Shown: positions 32,284 to 42,670, counted from the stretch's first letter. The stretch: 64,000 nucleotides of DNA from Escherichia coli (GCF_965641715.1 NZ_OZ282453.1), one strand, 5' to 3'. Numbers and translations are program-made. The notes: a model not told the origin generated them from the sequence alone.

Positions 32284-34029
32284 ATGATAAAACCGACGTT
32301 TTTACGCCGGGTGGCCATTGCTGCTCTGTTCACAGGAAGTTGTTTTAGTACGGTAGCCGCGCCACCTGCGCCGTCTCCTGTTTCTTACGGCGTGGAGGAA
32401 GATGTCTTTCATCCGGTACGCGCGAAACAGGGGATGGTGGCATCTGTAGATGCTACTGCCACTCAGGTGGGGGTGGATATCCTCAAGGAGGGCGGGAATG
32501 CCGTTGATGCCGCCGTGGCTGTGGGCTACGCGCTGGCGGTAACGCATCCGCAGGCAGGGAATCTGGGCGGTGGTGGTTTTATGCTGATCCGCTCGAAAAA
32601 TGGCAATACCACCGCTATCGATTTCCGCGAAATGGCACCCGCCAAAGCGACCCGCGATATGTTCCTTGATGACCAGGGCAACCCGGACAGCAAAAAATCA
32701 CTCACTTCGCATCTGGCTTCCGGCACGCCCGGTACGGTCGCTGGTTTCTCGCTGGCGTTGGATAAATACGGCACAATGCCGTTGAACAAAGTGGTGCAGC
32801 CAGCGTTTAAACTGGCACGCGATGGTTTTATCGTTAACGACGCGCTGGCTGACGATCTCAAAACCTACGGGAGCGAAGTGCTGCCGAATCACGAAAACAG
32901 CAAGGCTATCTTCTGGAAAGAGGGCGAGCCGCTGAAAAAGGGCGACAAGCTGGTGCAGGCGAACCTGGCAAAGAGCCTGGAGATGATTGCCGAAAACGGC
33001 CCGGACGAATTCTACAAAGGCACGATAGCGGAACAGATTGCCCAGGAGATGCAGAAAAACGGTGGCCTGATCACTAAAGAAGATTTAGCGGCGTATAAAG
33101 CGGTCGAACGCACACCGATAAGCGGCGATTATCGCGGGTATCAGGTTTACTCTATGCCACCGCCATCTTCCGGTGGGATTCATATCGTGCAGATCCTCAA
33201 TATTCTGGAAAACTTCGATATGAAGAAATACGGCTTTGGCAGTGCCGATGCGATGCAAATCATGGCAGAGGCTGAGAAATACGCCTACGCCGACCGCTCG
33301 GAATATCTTGGCGACCCGGATTTTGTCAAAGTCCCGTGGCAGGCGCTGACCAATAAAGCCTATGCCAAATCTATTGCCGAGCAAATCGATATCAATAAAG
33401 CGAAACCGTCCAGCGAGATTCGCCCTGGCAAGCTTGCGCCTTATGAGAGTAATCAAACTACCCATTACTCAGTGGTGGATAAAGACGGTAACGCCGTGGC
33501 GGTGACCTATACGCTGAACACCACCTTCGGTACGGGTATTGTCGCGGGCGAGAGCGGTATTCTGCTTAATAACCAGATGGATGATTTCTCCGCCAAACCG
33601 GGCGTACCGAACGTTTACGGGCTGGTAGGCGGTGATGCCAACGCGGTCGGGCCGAATAAACGCCCGCTGTCGTCGATGTCACCAACCATTGTGGTGAAAG
33701 ACGGTAAAACCTGGCTGGTTACCGGTAGCCCTGGCGGGAGCCGGATTATTACCACCGTGCTGCAAATGGTGGTGAATAGCATCGATTATGGCATGAACGT
33801 CGCCGAAGCGACCAATGCGCCGCGTTTCCACCATCAGTGGTTGCCGGACGAGCTGCGTGTCGAAAAAGGGTTTAGCCCGGATACGCTCAAACTGCTGGAA
33901 GCAAAAGGTCAGAAAGTGGCGCTGAAAGAGGCGATGGGCAGTACACAAAGCATTATGGTTGGGCCGGACGGTGAGTTGTACGGCGCATCCGACCCGCGCT
34001 CGGTGGATGATTTAACGGCGGGGTACTAA
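32284..34029 (+). CDS. ggt: Gamma-glutamyltranspeptidase
   Basis: ORF 32257..34029; start MIKPTFLRR; 580 aa. Confidence 0.95.
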   Translation: MIKPTFLRRVAIAALFTGSCFSTVAAPPAPSPVSYGVEEDVFHPVRAKQGMVASVDATATQVGVDILKEGGNAVDAAVAVGYALAVTHPQAGNLGGGGFMLIRSKNGNTTAIDFREMAPAKATRDMFLDDQGNPDSKKSLTSHLASGTPGTVAGFSLALDKYGTMPLNKVVQPAFKLARDGFIVNDALADDLKTYGSEVLPNHENSKAIFWKEGEPLKKGDKLVQANLAKSLEMIAENGPDEFYKGTIAEQIAQEMQKNGGLITKEDLAAYKAVERTPISGDYRGYQVYSMPPPSSGGIHIVQILNILENFDMKKYGFGSADAMQIMAEAEKYAYADRSEYLGDPDFVKVPWQALTNKAYAKSIAEQIDINKAKPSSEIRPGKLAPYESNQTTHYSVVDKDGNAVAVTYTLNTTFGTGIVAGESGILLNNQMDDFSAKPGVPNVYGLVGGDANAVGPNKRPLSSMSPTIVVKDGKTWLVTGSPGGSRIITTVLQMVVNSIDYGMNVAEATNAPRFHHQWLPDELRVEKGFSPDTLKLLEAKGQKVALKEAMGSTQSIMVGPDGELYGASDPRSVDDLTAGY

Positions 34030-34066
34030 GGTTAGCGGCCCTCTTCGTGGGAAGAGGGCTATTTTG

Positions 34067-34351
34067 TCAGGGCAAGCCGAAGGTAGCCTTTTTTATTTCG
34101 TAATCCTGTAGATATTCTTCCAGCGGCTTTGCCGTTCCCAGAGAATGAATTTCACCACTGTCTTTATCAATAATAAAAGGTGCGTTACCAGCTAAGCGCG
34201 CGGCCTCATCTCCAGTTTCGAGAAATTCTCGTGCTTCGAAACAGAAATACCAGCCCTGGCTAAAGCGTCCATGTAGAGTAATGACGACCGGGAGATCTGC
34301 ATCATCAAGGTAATGGTTCGCTTTCGCGAATGCGTCGTGATAAGTAATCAT
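34067..34351 (-). CDS. yrhB: YrhB-family small protein (immunity-like)
   Basis: 94 aa; matches recalled K-12 YrhB. Confidence 0.8.
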   Translation of the reverse strand: MITYHDAFAKANHYLDDADLPVVITLHGRFSQGWYFCFEAREFLETGDEAARLAGNAPFIIDKDSGEIHSLGTAKPLEEYLQDYEIKKATFGLP

Positions 34352-34800
34352 AATTATAATAAATATTATTGTTGAATGTTATATTATTATTCCTGTGTGA
34401 TACATTGAGCAAAGGTGCATTCATCTTCGTCAAAGATATTATTAAATGCTGGTTTTGAAAAAAGTTCATCGGATAAGATATAGTCACGAAATAAGTATCT
34501 GCTAATATTTTGTGATTTCTTTTTCAGAACGTCGAACGGGATTTTCTTATTTAAGATATCAGAATCTTATGATTTGGGTAAAATTCTAAATAAATCAACA
34601 TGTCACTAAAATCATCATAGCCATTAGCTATTTCGGCTAAAATAGAGACTACATGTCTTCGGTCCATCTCACTTAAGGAGTGTAGTTCCGTTGTAAGTTT
34701 TTCCATAGCTTGCATTGCTAAATTTCGAACAAGGAATTTTCTGGTGGTAATCTCTAAAAAGATGGCATGGTTTACAATGATTTTTGTTTCCTTTTGATTA

Positions 34801-35295
34801 TTATGAACAACTATCCATGATTTCGTTTAAGAATGAAGAGAAATCACTAAACGAACTGAATATATTTTCTGTGCCAATATTATCTCTAATTTCAAAAAAG
34901 TTACTTTTAATGTCATAAGTAAATATTGAAATGCTATCATCCCCGATCACTAACCGTTCTTGTAGATCAGGGTTTATGAAATCATCATTATTTCTATAAA
35001 ATTCATTTACGGCAAAAAGGTTTTTAACTGAAGGTTCTGGAATCGAGAGGCTAAATAATCGCAATCCATTAACTTCGAATCCATCCATTGCTCTTAAAAA
35101 AGTAAGATAATCAGGTTGATTCTTAAAAAGAATACTAACTTCATTACATAACTTCTCCAGGCAATTAGTTGAATTAGAATTAAATTCTATTTGGATTATA
35201 CTTTCAATAAATGATTCCTTGAGCGGTGCTTCAAATGGATAGTCTAAATCATTCATCATTTTTATTAATTTGTTTATTTGGGTTTTAGTCATCAT
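34801..35295 (-). CDS. yrhA: Putative immunity protein for the upstream HNH toxin domain (YrhA-like), intact here
   Basis: 164 aa; start overlaps the toxin ORF stop by 4 bp; low-GC gene. Confidence 0.6.
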   Translation of the reverse strand: MMTKTQINKLIKMMNDLDYPFEAPLKESFIESIIQIEFNSNSTNCLEKLCNEVSILFKNQPDYLTFLRAMDGFEVNGLRLFSLSIPEPSVKNLFAVNEFYRNNDDFINPDLQERLVIGDDSISIFTYDIKSNFFEIRDNIGTENIFSSFSDFSSFLNEIMDSCS

Positions 35296-36470
35296 TTTGT
35301 GGGTTCCATAATATTTTTCATGGGAGGATAAATTGAGCCAGATGGAATGGCCCAGGGAGTGATTTTGCTTTCACCTACTAATATTCCCTTAGCTATTCGT
35401 GATTGCATGTTAGTAAAAACTTTATGATATGGTTCGTTTTCGATTAATACTAAATTTTCGAAATCATTAGTACCACCATCATCTAGAGATAGTTTATGGT
35501 GAACATTATAATTTAGAGGAACATAGCCCTTTCTCATTCTTAAAAGGTCTTCGGTGTTGAATCTTCCAGATGCTTCGGAGGTTTTTGCAAGTTTGATAAG
35601 AAAATTTTTTCTTACAGTTTTGTTAAACTCCTTTCGTAAGTTAGCTAAGTCTTTTGAAGGTCTCTTAATGTATATTATTTATATTATGTCTATGCCATCA
35701 AGAAGTTTTTGTTGATCTCTAAGTTTGCCTAAGTAACTATTTATTTCTGTATATGTATCAACTTTAGAACGCTTTGTTAAAAGAATAGATGCTGTTGCTA
35801 TCGCTATGCCCGCTGTTTTTTCATTTAGTATTTGATCATAGCCTTTGATTGCATCTCCACCCAGTTTTTCCGCAGTATCTCTGAATCCTTCAATGTTCCC
35901 ATTGTATACGCCACCAGCAGCAAGTAGCCTGCCAACAGCTTTGCTGTTTAACGTTTTGAAACGATTATTTGTTTGGTTTTTTGAATTTGGTAAAAACAAA
36001 CGGTTATAATTTTCAGGGAGTGCCAAATAGCTGAACTCGGTATTTGCGATAAGATGTTGACAGAGGATAAATTCATAACTAACAGTTATTGTTTCTGTAT
36101 CCAGTTGATTTTGAATGATCTGATGATGAATAGCCGATAAAAAAGCGCCTCTTAGTTGTGTATAATAATACTTTTCCCATCTACCAAATCTATTGATTCT
36201 ATAAAAGTCAAATTTCATAAATAATTGCTCATTATTGTTAATGGAATTAATAAGTAATGGAGTGCTTTTATCAATTAATTTACAAAATGTCATAGCCTGT
36301 AACTGTGAACCAAGCCCCGTATTAGTAATTCTATTTTCGAGTGAGAATGTAAATATTTCATTCTCATGCCCGCTCTGCCAGCGATTACCTATAGATTCAG
36401 TAGTCCCACAACCTGCGGAGATGCTTCCTTGTTGTTCTCCCGTTACTGTCAGATAAACAATATTACTCAT
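35292..36470 (-). pseudogene. yhhZ: Hcp-domain protein fused to a C-terminal HNH nuclease toxin (yhhZ-like), interrupted by one in-frame TAA at 35679..35681
   Basis: 263-aa ORF with Hcp-like N-terminus; same frame continues after the single stop through 47 codons into the 81-aa HNH ORF (NVHHKLSLDDGGTNDFENLVLIENEPYH); 392 codons in total. Confidence 0.65.
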
Positions 36471-36706
36471 CCCTGAAAAGTCCTTTTATGGCATGCTATT
36501 TTATCAATGGCACTATTATGCTTGTTAATTGTTATTTATTTACTCCAGGAAATTGTAGGCGTATATATTAAAAAATAAAATATTACACTTTAGGAAGTAA
36601 TTATGAGGTAAGTCTCAATATATTTATTGGGAAAATAAATACATTAAAGGAAGGTATGCCGATTTTGAATGACACCCTTTTTCCATCTCAGAAAAAGGGC
36701 ACTATT

Positions 36707-37195
36707 TTACTTCACCCGCGCCATAAAATACGCATCAACATATTCACCATTACGTAATGCGTACTTCTTGCCAGTCCCTTCAATCTCAAAGCCGAATTTT
36801 TTATAGACCTTAATTGCTGGCGCGTTATCGACAAACACCGTTAGCTCAATACGATCTACCCGCAACCAGTTGTCGCACATTTCAATCATCTCTCGCATCA
36901 GGGCGCTGGCGACGCCGCGATTCTTCCAGCGGGCGTCGACACAGATACCAAAATCGGCAACATGACTGCGGCGTGGGCGCTGTTGCACGTCAATGGTGAG
37001 ATGGCCCACGACGTCTCCATCAATACAGGCGACGAGTTGCTTGATGCCGGGACGATTGGCGAGTCGCTCCTGCCACATATAATCGGAAGGATGAGGCACT
37101 TGTAGCGTGTTGTAATACACCTCCGGCTGGGCGTGAATCTGCCTGATGGCCTCGTAATCGCGCGTTTCAGCATGGCGTATCACTATCTCACTCAT
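36707..37195 (-). CDS. yhhY: GNAT-family N-acetyltransferase
   Basis: ORF 36707..37273; start MSEIVIRHAE gives 162 aa. Confidence 0.85.
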   Translation of the reverse strand: MSEIVIRHAETRDYEAIRQIHAQPEVYYNTLQVPHPSDYMWQERLANRPGIKQLVACIDGDVVGHLTIDVQQRPRRSHVADFGICVDARWKNRGVASALMREMIEMCDNWLRVDRIELTVFVDNAPAIKVYKKFGFEIEGTGKKYALRNGEYVDAYFMARVK

Positions 37196-37277
37196 TCCTT
37201 TGTCCTCTTTGGGGTAAATGTCCCTTTCAACATCATTGACTTTCGAATGCGAGTCAAATGCATTTTTTTGCAAAAAG

Positions 37278-37316
37278 TGTTGGACAAGTGCGAATGAGAA
37301 TGATTATTATTGTCTC
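37278..37316 (+). promoter_or_regulatory. ryhB promoter with Fur box
   Basis: AT-rich Fur-box-like aatgagaatgattattatt directly upstream of the RyhB start. Confidence 0.7.
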
Positions 37317-37409
37317 GCGATCAGGAAGACCCTCGCGGAGAACCTGAAAGCACGACATTGCTCACATTGCTTCCAGTATTACTTAGCCAGCCGGGTGCTG
37401 GCTTTTTTT
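37317..37409 (+). ncRNA. ryhB: RyhB small RNA (Fur-repressed iron-sparing sRNA) with intrinsic terminator
   Basis: Matches recalled RyhB sequence GCGATCAGGAAGACCCTCGCGGAGAACCTGAAAGCACGACATTGCTCACATTGCTTCCAGTATTACTTAGCCAGCCGGGTGCTGGCTTTTTTTTT. Confidence 0.92.
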
Positions 37410-37528
37410 TTGATCTTTCGTTCTCAATTTATCCTCGGGAAGTGCTTGTGTTCGTTATGCGCACTCCAGTAGGAACCACGTCCGCTTTGCGCTAAGGTGT
37501 AAATAACCACCTTAAAAAGGACGAAATC

Positions 37529-38566
37529 ATGGTCATCAACTGCGCCTTTATTGGCTTCGGCAAAAGCACCACCCGTTACCATCTGCCGTATGTACTTAAC
37601 CGCAAGGATAGCTGGCATGTCGCGCATATTTTTCGCCGCCATGCAAAGCCGGAAGAACAAGCTCCCATTTACTCTCATATCCATTTCACCAGCGATCTCA
37701 ACGAAGTGCTAAACGATCCCGATGTTAAGCTGGTTGTTGTCTGCACCCATGCGGACAGCCACTTCGAGTACGCGAAGCGCGCGCTGGAAGCCGGGAAAAA
37801 TGTGCTGGTCGAAAAACCGTTCACTCCGACACTTGCGCAGGCGAAAGAGCTGTTTGCACTGGCGAAAAGCAAAGGGCTGACCGTCACGCCATATCAGAAT
37901 CGTCGCTTTGATTCCTGCTTCCTGACGGCGAAAAAAGCGATTGAAAGCGGCAAGCTGGGAGAGATTGTCGAAGTGGAAAGCCATTTTGACTATTACCGCC
38001 CGGTGGCAGAAACCAAACCTGGGCTGCCGCAGGATGGCGCGTTCTATGGCCTTGGTGTGCATACGATGGACCAGATTATTTCTCTGTTCGGTCGCCCGGA
38101 TAACGTCGCTTATGACATCCGCAGCCTGCGCAATAAAGCCAATCCTGACGATACTTTCGAAGCGCAACTGTTTTATGGCGATCTAAAAGCCATCGTCAAA
38201 ACCAGCCATCTGGTGAAAATCGATTATCCGAAATTTATCGTTCATGGTAAGAAAGGTTCGTTTATTAAATACGGTATCGACCAGCAGGAAACCAGCCTGA
38301 AGGCTAATATTATGCCGGGCGAACCGGGATTCGCAGCGGATGATTCGGTCGGTGTGCTGGAGTATGTCAATGACGAGGGCGTGACGGTCAGAGAAGAGAT
38401 GAAGCCGGAGATGGGCGATTACGGGCGCGTTTATGATGCGTTGTATCAAACCATCACCCACGGTGCGCCAAATTACGTCAAGGAATCTGAAGTTCTTACG
38501 AATATGGAAATCCTTGAACGCGGATTCGAGCAAGCCTCTCCCTCCACAGTGACTCTCGCGAAGTAA
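37529..38566 (+). CDS. yhhX: Gfo/Idh/MocA-family oxidoreductase
   Basis: 345 aa; N-terminal Rossmann fold. Confidence 0.9.
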   Translation: MVINCAFIGFGKSTTRYHLPYVLNRKDSWHVAHIFRRHAKPEEQAPIYSHIHFTSDLNEVLNDPDVKLVVVCTHADSHFEYAKRALEAGKNVLVEKPFTPTLAQAKELFALAKSKGLTVTPYQNRRFDSCFLTAKKAIESGKLGEIVEVESHFDYYRPVAETKPGLPQDGAFYGLGVHTMDQIISLFGRPDNVAYDIRSLRNKANPDDTFEAQLFYGDLKAIVKTSHLVKIDYPKFIVHGKKGSFIKYGIDQQETSLKANIMPGEPGFAADDSVGVLEYVNDEGVTVREEMKPEMGDYGRVYDALYQTITHGAPNYVKESEVLTNMEILERGFEQASPSTVTLAK

Positions 38567-38688
38567 GTTTGATGGCCCCTCGAATAGTTCAATTTTTTTG
38601 AACAGAGGGGTCAATTTTCACCCTCTATCATCCCAGGCAGATCGGGTCCACACTAAGCCCATCGAAATCATTCAGGGGGCGAATACAA

Positions 38689-39384
38689 ATGATCTACTTA
38701 CGCAAAGCAAATGAACGTGGTCATGCAAATCATGGCTGGCTGGACTCCTGGCATACTTTCTCTTTTGCCAACTATTACGATCCGAACTTTATGGGCTTCT
38801 CCGCGCTGCGCGTGATTAACGACGACGTGATTGAAGCAGGGCAGGGCTTCGGCACTCACCCGCATAAAGATATGGAAATTTTGACCTACGTGCTGGAAGG
38901 TACTGTTGAGCACCAGGACAGCATGGGCAATAAAGAGCAGGTTCCGGCGGGCGAGTTCCAGATTATGAGTGCGGGTACGGGTATTCGTCACTCAGAGTAC
39001 AACCCAAGCAGCACTGAGCGTCTGCATCTGTATCAGATCTGGATCATGCCTGAAGAAAACGGTATTACGCCGCGTTATGAACAGCGTCGCTTCGATGCCG
39101 TACAGGGCAAACAGCTGGTGCTCTCGCCGGATGCGCGAGATGGTTCATTGAAAGTGCATCAGGATATGGAACTGTACCGCTGGGCGTTGCTGAAAGATGA
39201 GCAGTCGGTGCATCAGATTGCCGCTGAACGCCGCGTCTGGATCCAGGTGGTGAAAGGCAATGTCACCATTAACGGCGTGAAAGCCTCGACCAGCGATGGT
39301 CTGGCAATCTGGGATGAGCAGGCAATCTCCATCCATGCGGATAGCGACAGCGAAGTGTTACTGTTCGATCTGCCGTCGGTTTAA
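38689..39384 (+). CDS. yhhW: Pirin-like quercetin 2,3-dioxygenase
   Basis: 231 aa; cupin His motif (HPHKDMEI). Confidence 0.9.
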   Translation: MIYLRKANERGHANHGWLDSWHTFSFANYYDPNFMGFSALRVINDDVIEAGQGFGTHPHKDMEILTYVLEGTVEHQDSMGNKEQVPAGEFQIMSAGTGIRHSEYNPSSTERLHLYQIWIMPEENGITPRYEQRRFDAVQGKQLVLSPDARDGSLKVHQDMELYRWALLKDEQSVHQIAAERRVWIQVVKGNVTINGVKASTSDGLAIWDEQAISIHADSDSEVLLFDLPSV

Positions 39385-39607
39385 AGCTCAACGGCATCTT
39401 TGAAGCCTGCCTTTTTGCAGGCTTCCTCGCTCGCTCCGGTCGCGTGCTGATGTACGCTTCCGGGGTTTTGCAGCGTCGTTAGCACAATGCGATGCAATTG
39501 ATTTAGTGTATATCTAATAATTGTAAACAAGCACTGTTTTCCCCGGGAAGGTTCTGATGCGTCCGTGTTAAACTAAGAGAATCTATCTCTTTTGTACCTT
39601 CAGGACG

Positions 39608-40603
39608 ATGAAAAAGAAAAGACCCGTACTTCAGGATGTGGCTGACCGTGTAGGCGTGACCAAAATGACGGTCAGCCGTTTTTTACGCAACCCGGAGCAG
39701 GTTTCCGTCGCTCTACGCGGCAAGATTGCCGCGGCTCTTGATGAACTGGGCTATATTCCCAATCGTGCGCCCGATATCCTCTCTAACGCCACCAGCCGGG
39801 CGATTGGCGTCCTGTTACCTTCTCTCACCAACCAGGTTTTCGCGGAAGTATTACGCGGAATCGAAAGCGTCACCGACGCGCACGGTTATCAGACCATGCT
39901 GGCGCACTACGGTTATAAACCGGAAATGGAGCAAGAACGTCTCGAATCCATGCTCTCATGGAATATCGACGGACTGATCCTCACCGAACGTACCCACACG
40001 CCGCGCACCTTAAAGATGATTGAAGTGGCGGGGATTCCCGTGGTGGAACTCATGGACAGCCAGTCGCCGTGCCTCGATATCGCCGTCGGTTTTGATAACT
40101 TTGAAGCGGCACGCCAGATGACCACCGCCATTATTGCTCGCGGGCATCGCCACATTGCCTATCTCGGCGCACGTCTCGACGAACGTACTATCATCAAACA
40201 GAAGGGATACGAACAGGCGATGCTGGATGCAGGCCTGGTGCCATATAGCGTGATGGTTGAGCAATCTTCTTCTTACTCTTCCGGTATTGAACTGATTCGC
40301 CAGGCGCGGCGGGAATATCCGCAGCTGGATGGCGTGTTCTGTACTAATGATGATCTGGCGGTCGGCGCGGCGTTTGAATGTCAGCGTCTGGGGTTAAAAG
40401 TTCCTGACGATATGGCGATTGCCGGTTTCCACGGTCATGACATTGGTCAGGTGATGGAGCCACGACTTGCGAGCGTGCTGACGCCGCGTGAGCGGATGGG
40501 CAGTATTGGCGCTGAACGCCTGCTGGCGCGTATTCGTGGCGAATCTGTGACACCGAAAATGTTAGATTTAGGTTTCACCTTGTCACCGGGCGGATCTATT
40601 TAA
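39608..40603 (+). CDS. gntR: LacI-family gluconate repressor
   Basis: 331 aa; N-terminal HTH. Confidence 0.95.
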   Translation: MKKKRPVLQDVADRVGVTKMTVSRFLRNPEQVSVALRGKIAAALDELGYIPNRAPDILSNATSRAIGVLLPSLTNQVFAEVLRGIESVTDAHGYQTMLAHYGYKPEMEQERLESMLSWNIDGLILTERTHTPRTLKMIEVAGIPVVELMDSQSPCLDIAVGFDNFEAARQMTTAIIARGHRHIAYLGARLDERTIIKQKGYEQAMLDAGLVPYSVMVEQSSSYSSGIELIRQARREYPQLDGVFCTNDDLAVGAAFECQRLGLKVPDDMAIAGFHGHDIGQVMEPRLASVLTPRERMGSIGAERLLARIRGESVTPKMLDLGFTLSPGGSI

Positions 40604-40741
40604 GCCCACAAATTTGAAGTAGCTCACACTTATACACTTAAGGCACGGATGGATATTGCTTCTGATAATGTCCGGCTGGACAATGTTACCGATAACAGTT
40701 ACCCGTAACATTTTTAATTCTTGTATTGTGGGGGCACCACT

Positions 40742-41269
40742 TTGAGCACGACTAACCATGATCACCACGTTTACGTCTTGATGGGCGTATCGGGCAGCGG
40801 CAAATCTGCGGTCGCAAGTGAAGTGGCGCATCAACTTCATGCCGCGTTTCTTGATGGCGATTTCCTCCATCCACGGCGCAATATCGAAAAAATGGCGTCT
40901 GGCGAACCGCTGAATGACGACGATCGCAAACCGTGGTTGCAGGCGCTGAACGACGCTGCGTTTGCTATGCAGCGCACTAATAAAGTGTCGCTGATCGTCT
41001 GTTCTGCATTGAAAAAACACTATCGCGACTTGCTGCGTGAAGGTAATCCGAATCTCTCTTTCATCTACCTGAAAGGCGATTTTGATGTGATTGAAAGCCG
41101 CCTGAAAGCGCGCAAAGGCCATTTCTTTAAAACCCAAATGTTGGTGACGCAGTTTGAAACGCTGCAGGAGCCGGGTGCGGACGAAACCGATGTACTGGTG
41201 GTGGATATCGATCAACCGCTGGAAGGTGTTGTGGCAAGCACCATTGAGGTTATTAAAAAAGGCAAATAA
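40742..41269 (+). CDS. gntK: Gluconokinase
   Basis: ORF 40721..41269; start placed at in-frame TTG to match the 175-aa K-12 protein (start codon uncertain); Walker A GVSGSGKS. Confidence 0.85.
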   Translation: MSTTNHDHHVYVLMGVSGSGKSAVASEVAHQLHAAFLDGDFLHPRRNIEKMASGEPLNDDDRKPWLQALNDAAFAMQRTNKVSLIVCSALKKHYRDLLREGNPNLSFIYLKGDFDVIESRLKARKGHFFKTQMLVTQFETLQEPGADETDVLVVDIDQPLEGVVASTIEVIKKGK

Positions 41270-41272
41270 GTA

Positions 41273-42613
41273 GTGACTACATTAACGCTTGTTTTAACAG
41301 CAGTAGGGTCTGTTTTACTGCTGCTGTTTTTAGTCATGAAGGCGCGTATGCACGCTTTCCTGGCTTTGATGGTGGTGTCCATGGGGGCTGGCCTTTTTTC
41401 CGGTATGCCGCTCGATAAAATCGCAGCGACGATGGAAAAAGGGATGGGAGGCACCCTCGGCTTCCTGGCGGTGGTTGTCGCCCTGGGAGCTATGTTTGGC
41501 AAGATCTTACATGAAACCGGCGCAGTCGATCAGATTGCCGTCAAAATGCTCAAATCCTTCGGTCACAGCCGCGCGCATTATGCCATCGGCCTTGCGGGGC
41601 TGGTCTGTGCGCTACCGCTGTTCTTTGAAGTGGCGATTGTTCTGCTGATTAGCGTTGCTTTCTCAATGGCGCGCCACACCGGTACGAACCTGGTGAAGCT
41701 GGTAATCCCATTATTCGCAGGCGTGGCGGCAGCGGCGGCGTTCCTGGTGCCAGGGCCAGCGCCAATGCTGCTGGCATCGCAGATGAACGCCGATTTTGGC
41801 TGGATGATCCTGATTGGCCTGTGTGCGGCAATTCCGGGAATGATTATTGCCGGGCCGCTGTGGGGTAACTTCATCAGCCGTTACGTTGAGCTGCATATTC
41901 CTGATGACATCAGCGAGCCGCATCTCGGCGAAGGCAAAATGCCGTCCTTCGGATTCAGCCTGTCGCTGATCCTGCTGCCGCTGGTGCTGGTGGGGCTGAA
42001 AACCATTGCCGCGCGTTTTGTGCCAGAAGGCTCTACCGCTTACGAATGGTTCGAGTTTATTGGTCATCCGTTTACCGCGATTCTGGTTGCTTGTCTGGTA
42101 GCGATTTATGGCCTGGCAATGCGTCAGGGCATGCCAAAAGACAAAGTGATGGAGATTTGCGGTCACGCGCTGCAACCGGCGGGGATCATTCTGCTGGTGA
42201 TTGGTGCGGGCGGCGTGTTCAAACAGGTGCTGGTTGACTCTGGCGTAGGTCCGGCACTGGGCGAAGCGTTAACCGGCATGGGCCTGCCGATTGCTATCAC
42301 CTGCTTCGTGCTGGCCGCTGCAGTGCGCATCATTCAGGGTTCTGCAACCGTTGCCTGTTTAACGGCGGTGGGACTGGTGATGCCGGTTATTGAACAACTG
42401 AACTACTCCGGTGCGCAAATGGCGGCGCTGTCGATTTGTATCGCCGGTGGTTCGATTGTTGTCAGCCACGTTAACGACGCTGGTTTCTGGTTGTTCGGTA
42501 AATTTACCGGCGCGACCGAAGCCGAAACGCTGAAAACCTGGACCATGATGGAAACCATCCTCGGCACTGTCGGTGCCATCGTTGGGATGATTGCGTTCCA
42601 GCTGTTGAGTTAA
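41273..42613 (+). CDS. gntU: Low-affinity gluconate transporter
   Basis: 446 aa GntP-family permease. Confidence 0.95.
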   Translation: MTTLTLVLTAVGSVLLLLFLVMKARMHAFLALMVVSMGAGLFSGMPLDKIAATMEKGMGGTLGFLAVVVALGAMFGKILHETGAVDQIAVKMLKSFGHSRAHYAIGLAGLVCALPLFFEVAIVLLISVAFSMARHTGTNLVKLVIPLFAGVAAAAAFLVPGPAPMLLASQMNADFGWMILIGLCAAIPGMIIAGPLWGNFISRYVELHIPDDISEPHLGEGKMPSFGFSLSLILLPLVLVGLKTIAARFVPEGSTAYEWFEFIGHPFTAILVACLVAIYGLAMRQGMPKDKVMEICGHALQPAGIILLVIGAGGVFKQVLVDSGVGPALGEALTGMGLPIAITCFVLAAAVRIIQGSATVACLTAVGLVMPVIEQLNYSGAQMAALSICIAGGSIVVSHVNDAGFWLFGKFTGATEAETLKTWTMMETILGTVGAIVGMIAFQLLS

Positions 42614-42625
42614 TTACTGCGACAA

Positions 42626-42670
42626 ATTACTGCGAGCTTGCTCGCAGTAATTCATTTCTCTTTTCTCCTC
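42626..42670 (+). terminator. Rho-independent terminator after gntU
   Basis: Hairpin attactgcgagcttgctcgcagtaat followed by T-rich tract. Confidence 0.65.

Noticed and set aside
34352-34800. Possible IS element or IS remnant between yrhA and yrhB (K-12 carries IS1 near here by my recollection)
   Set aside because: No transposase ORF and no recognisable terminal inverted repeats in this window; the region is only about 450 bp of AT-rich sequence.
40583-41215. 210-aa minus-strand ORF spanning gntR end and gntK
   Set aside because: Overlaps two well-supported plus-strand genes; no recognisable domains.
42613-42640. Direct repeat attactgcga occurring twice after gntU, considered as a possible insertion target-site duplication
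   Set aside because: The second copy is part of the terminator hairpin stem; without the empty-site sequence from another strain a target-site duplication cannot be supported.
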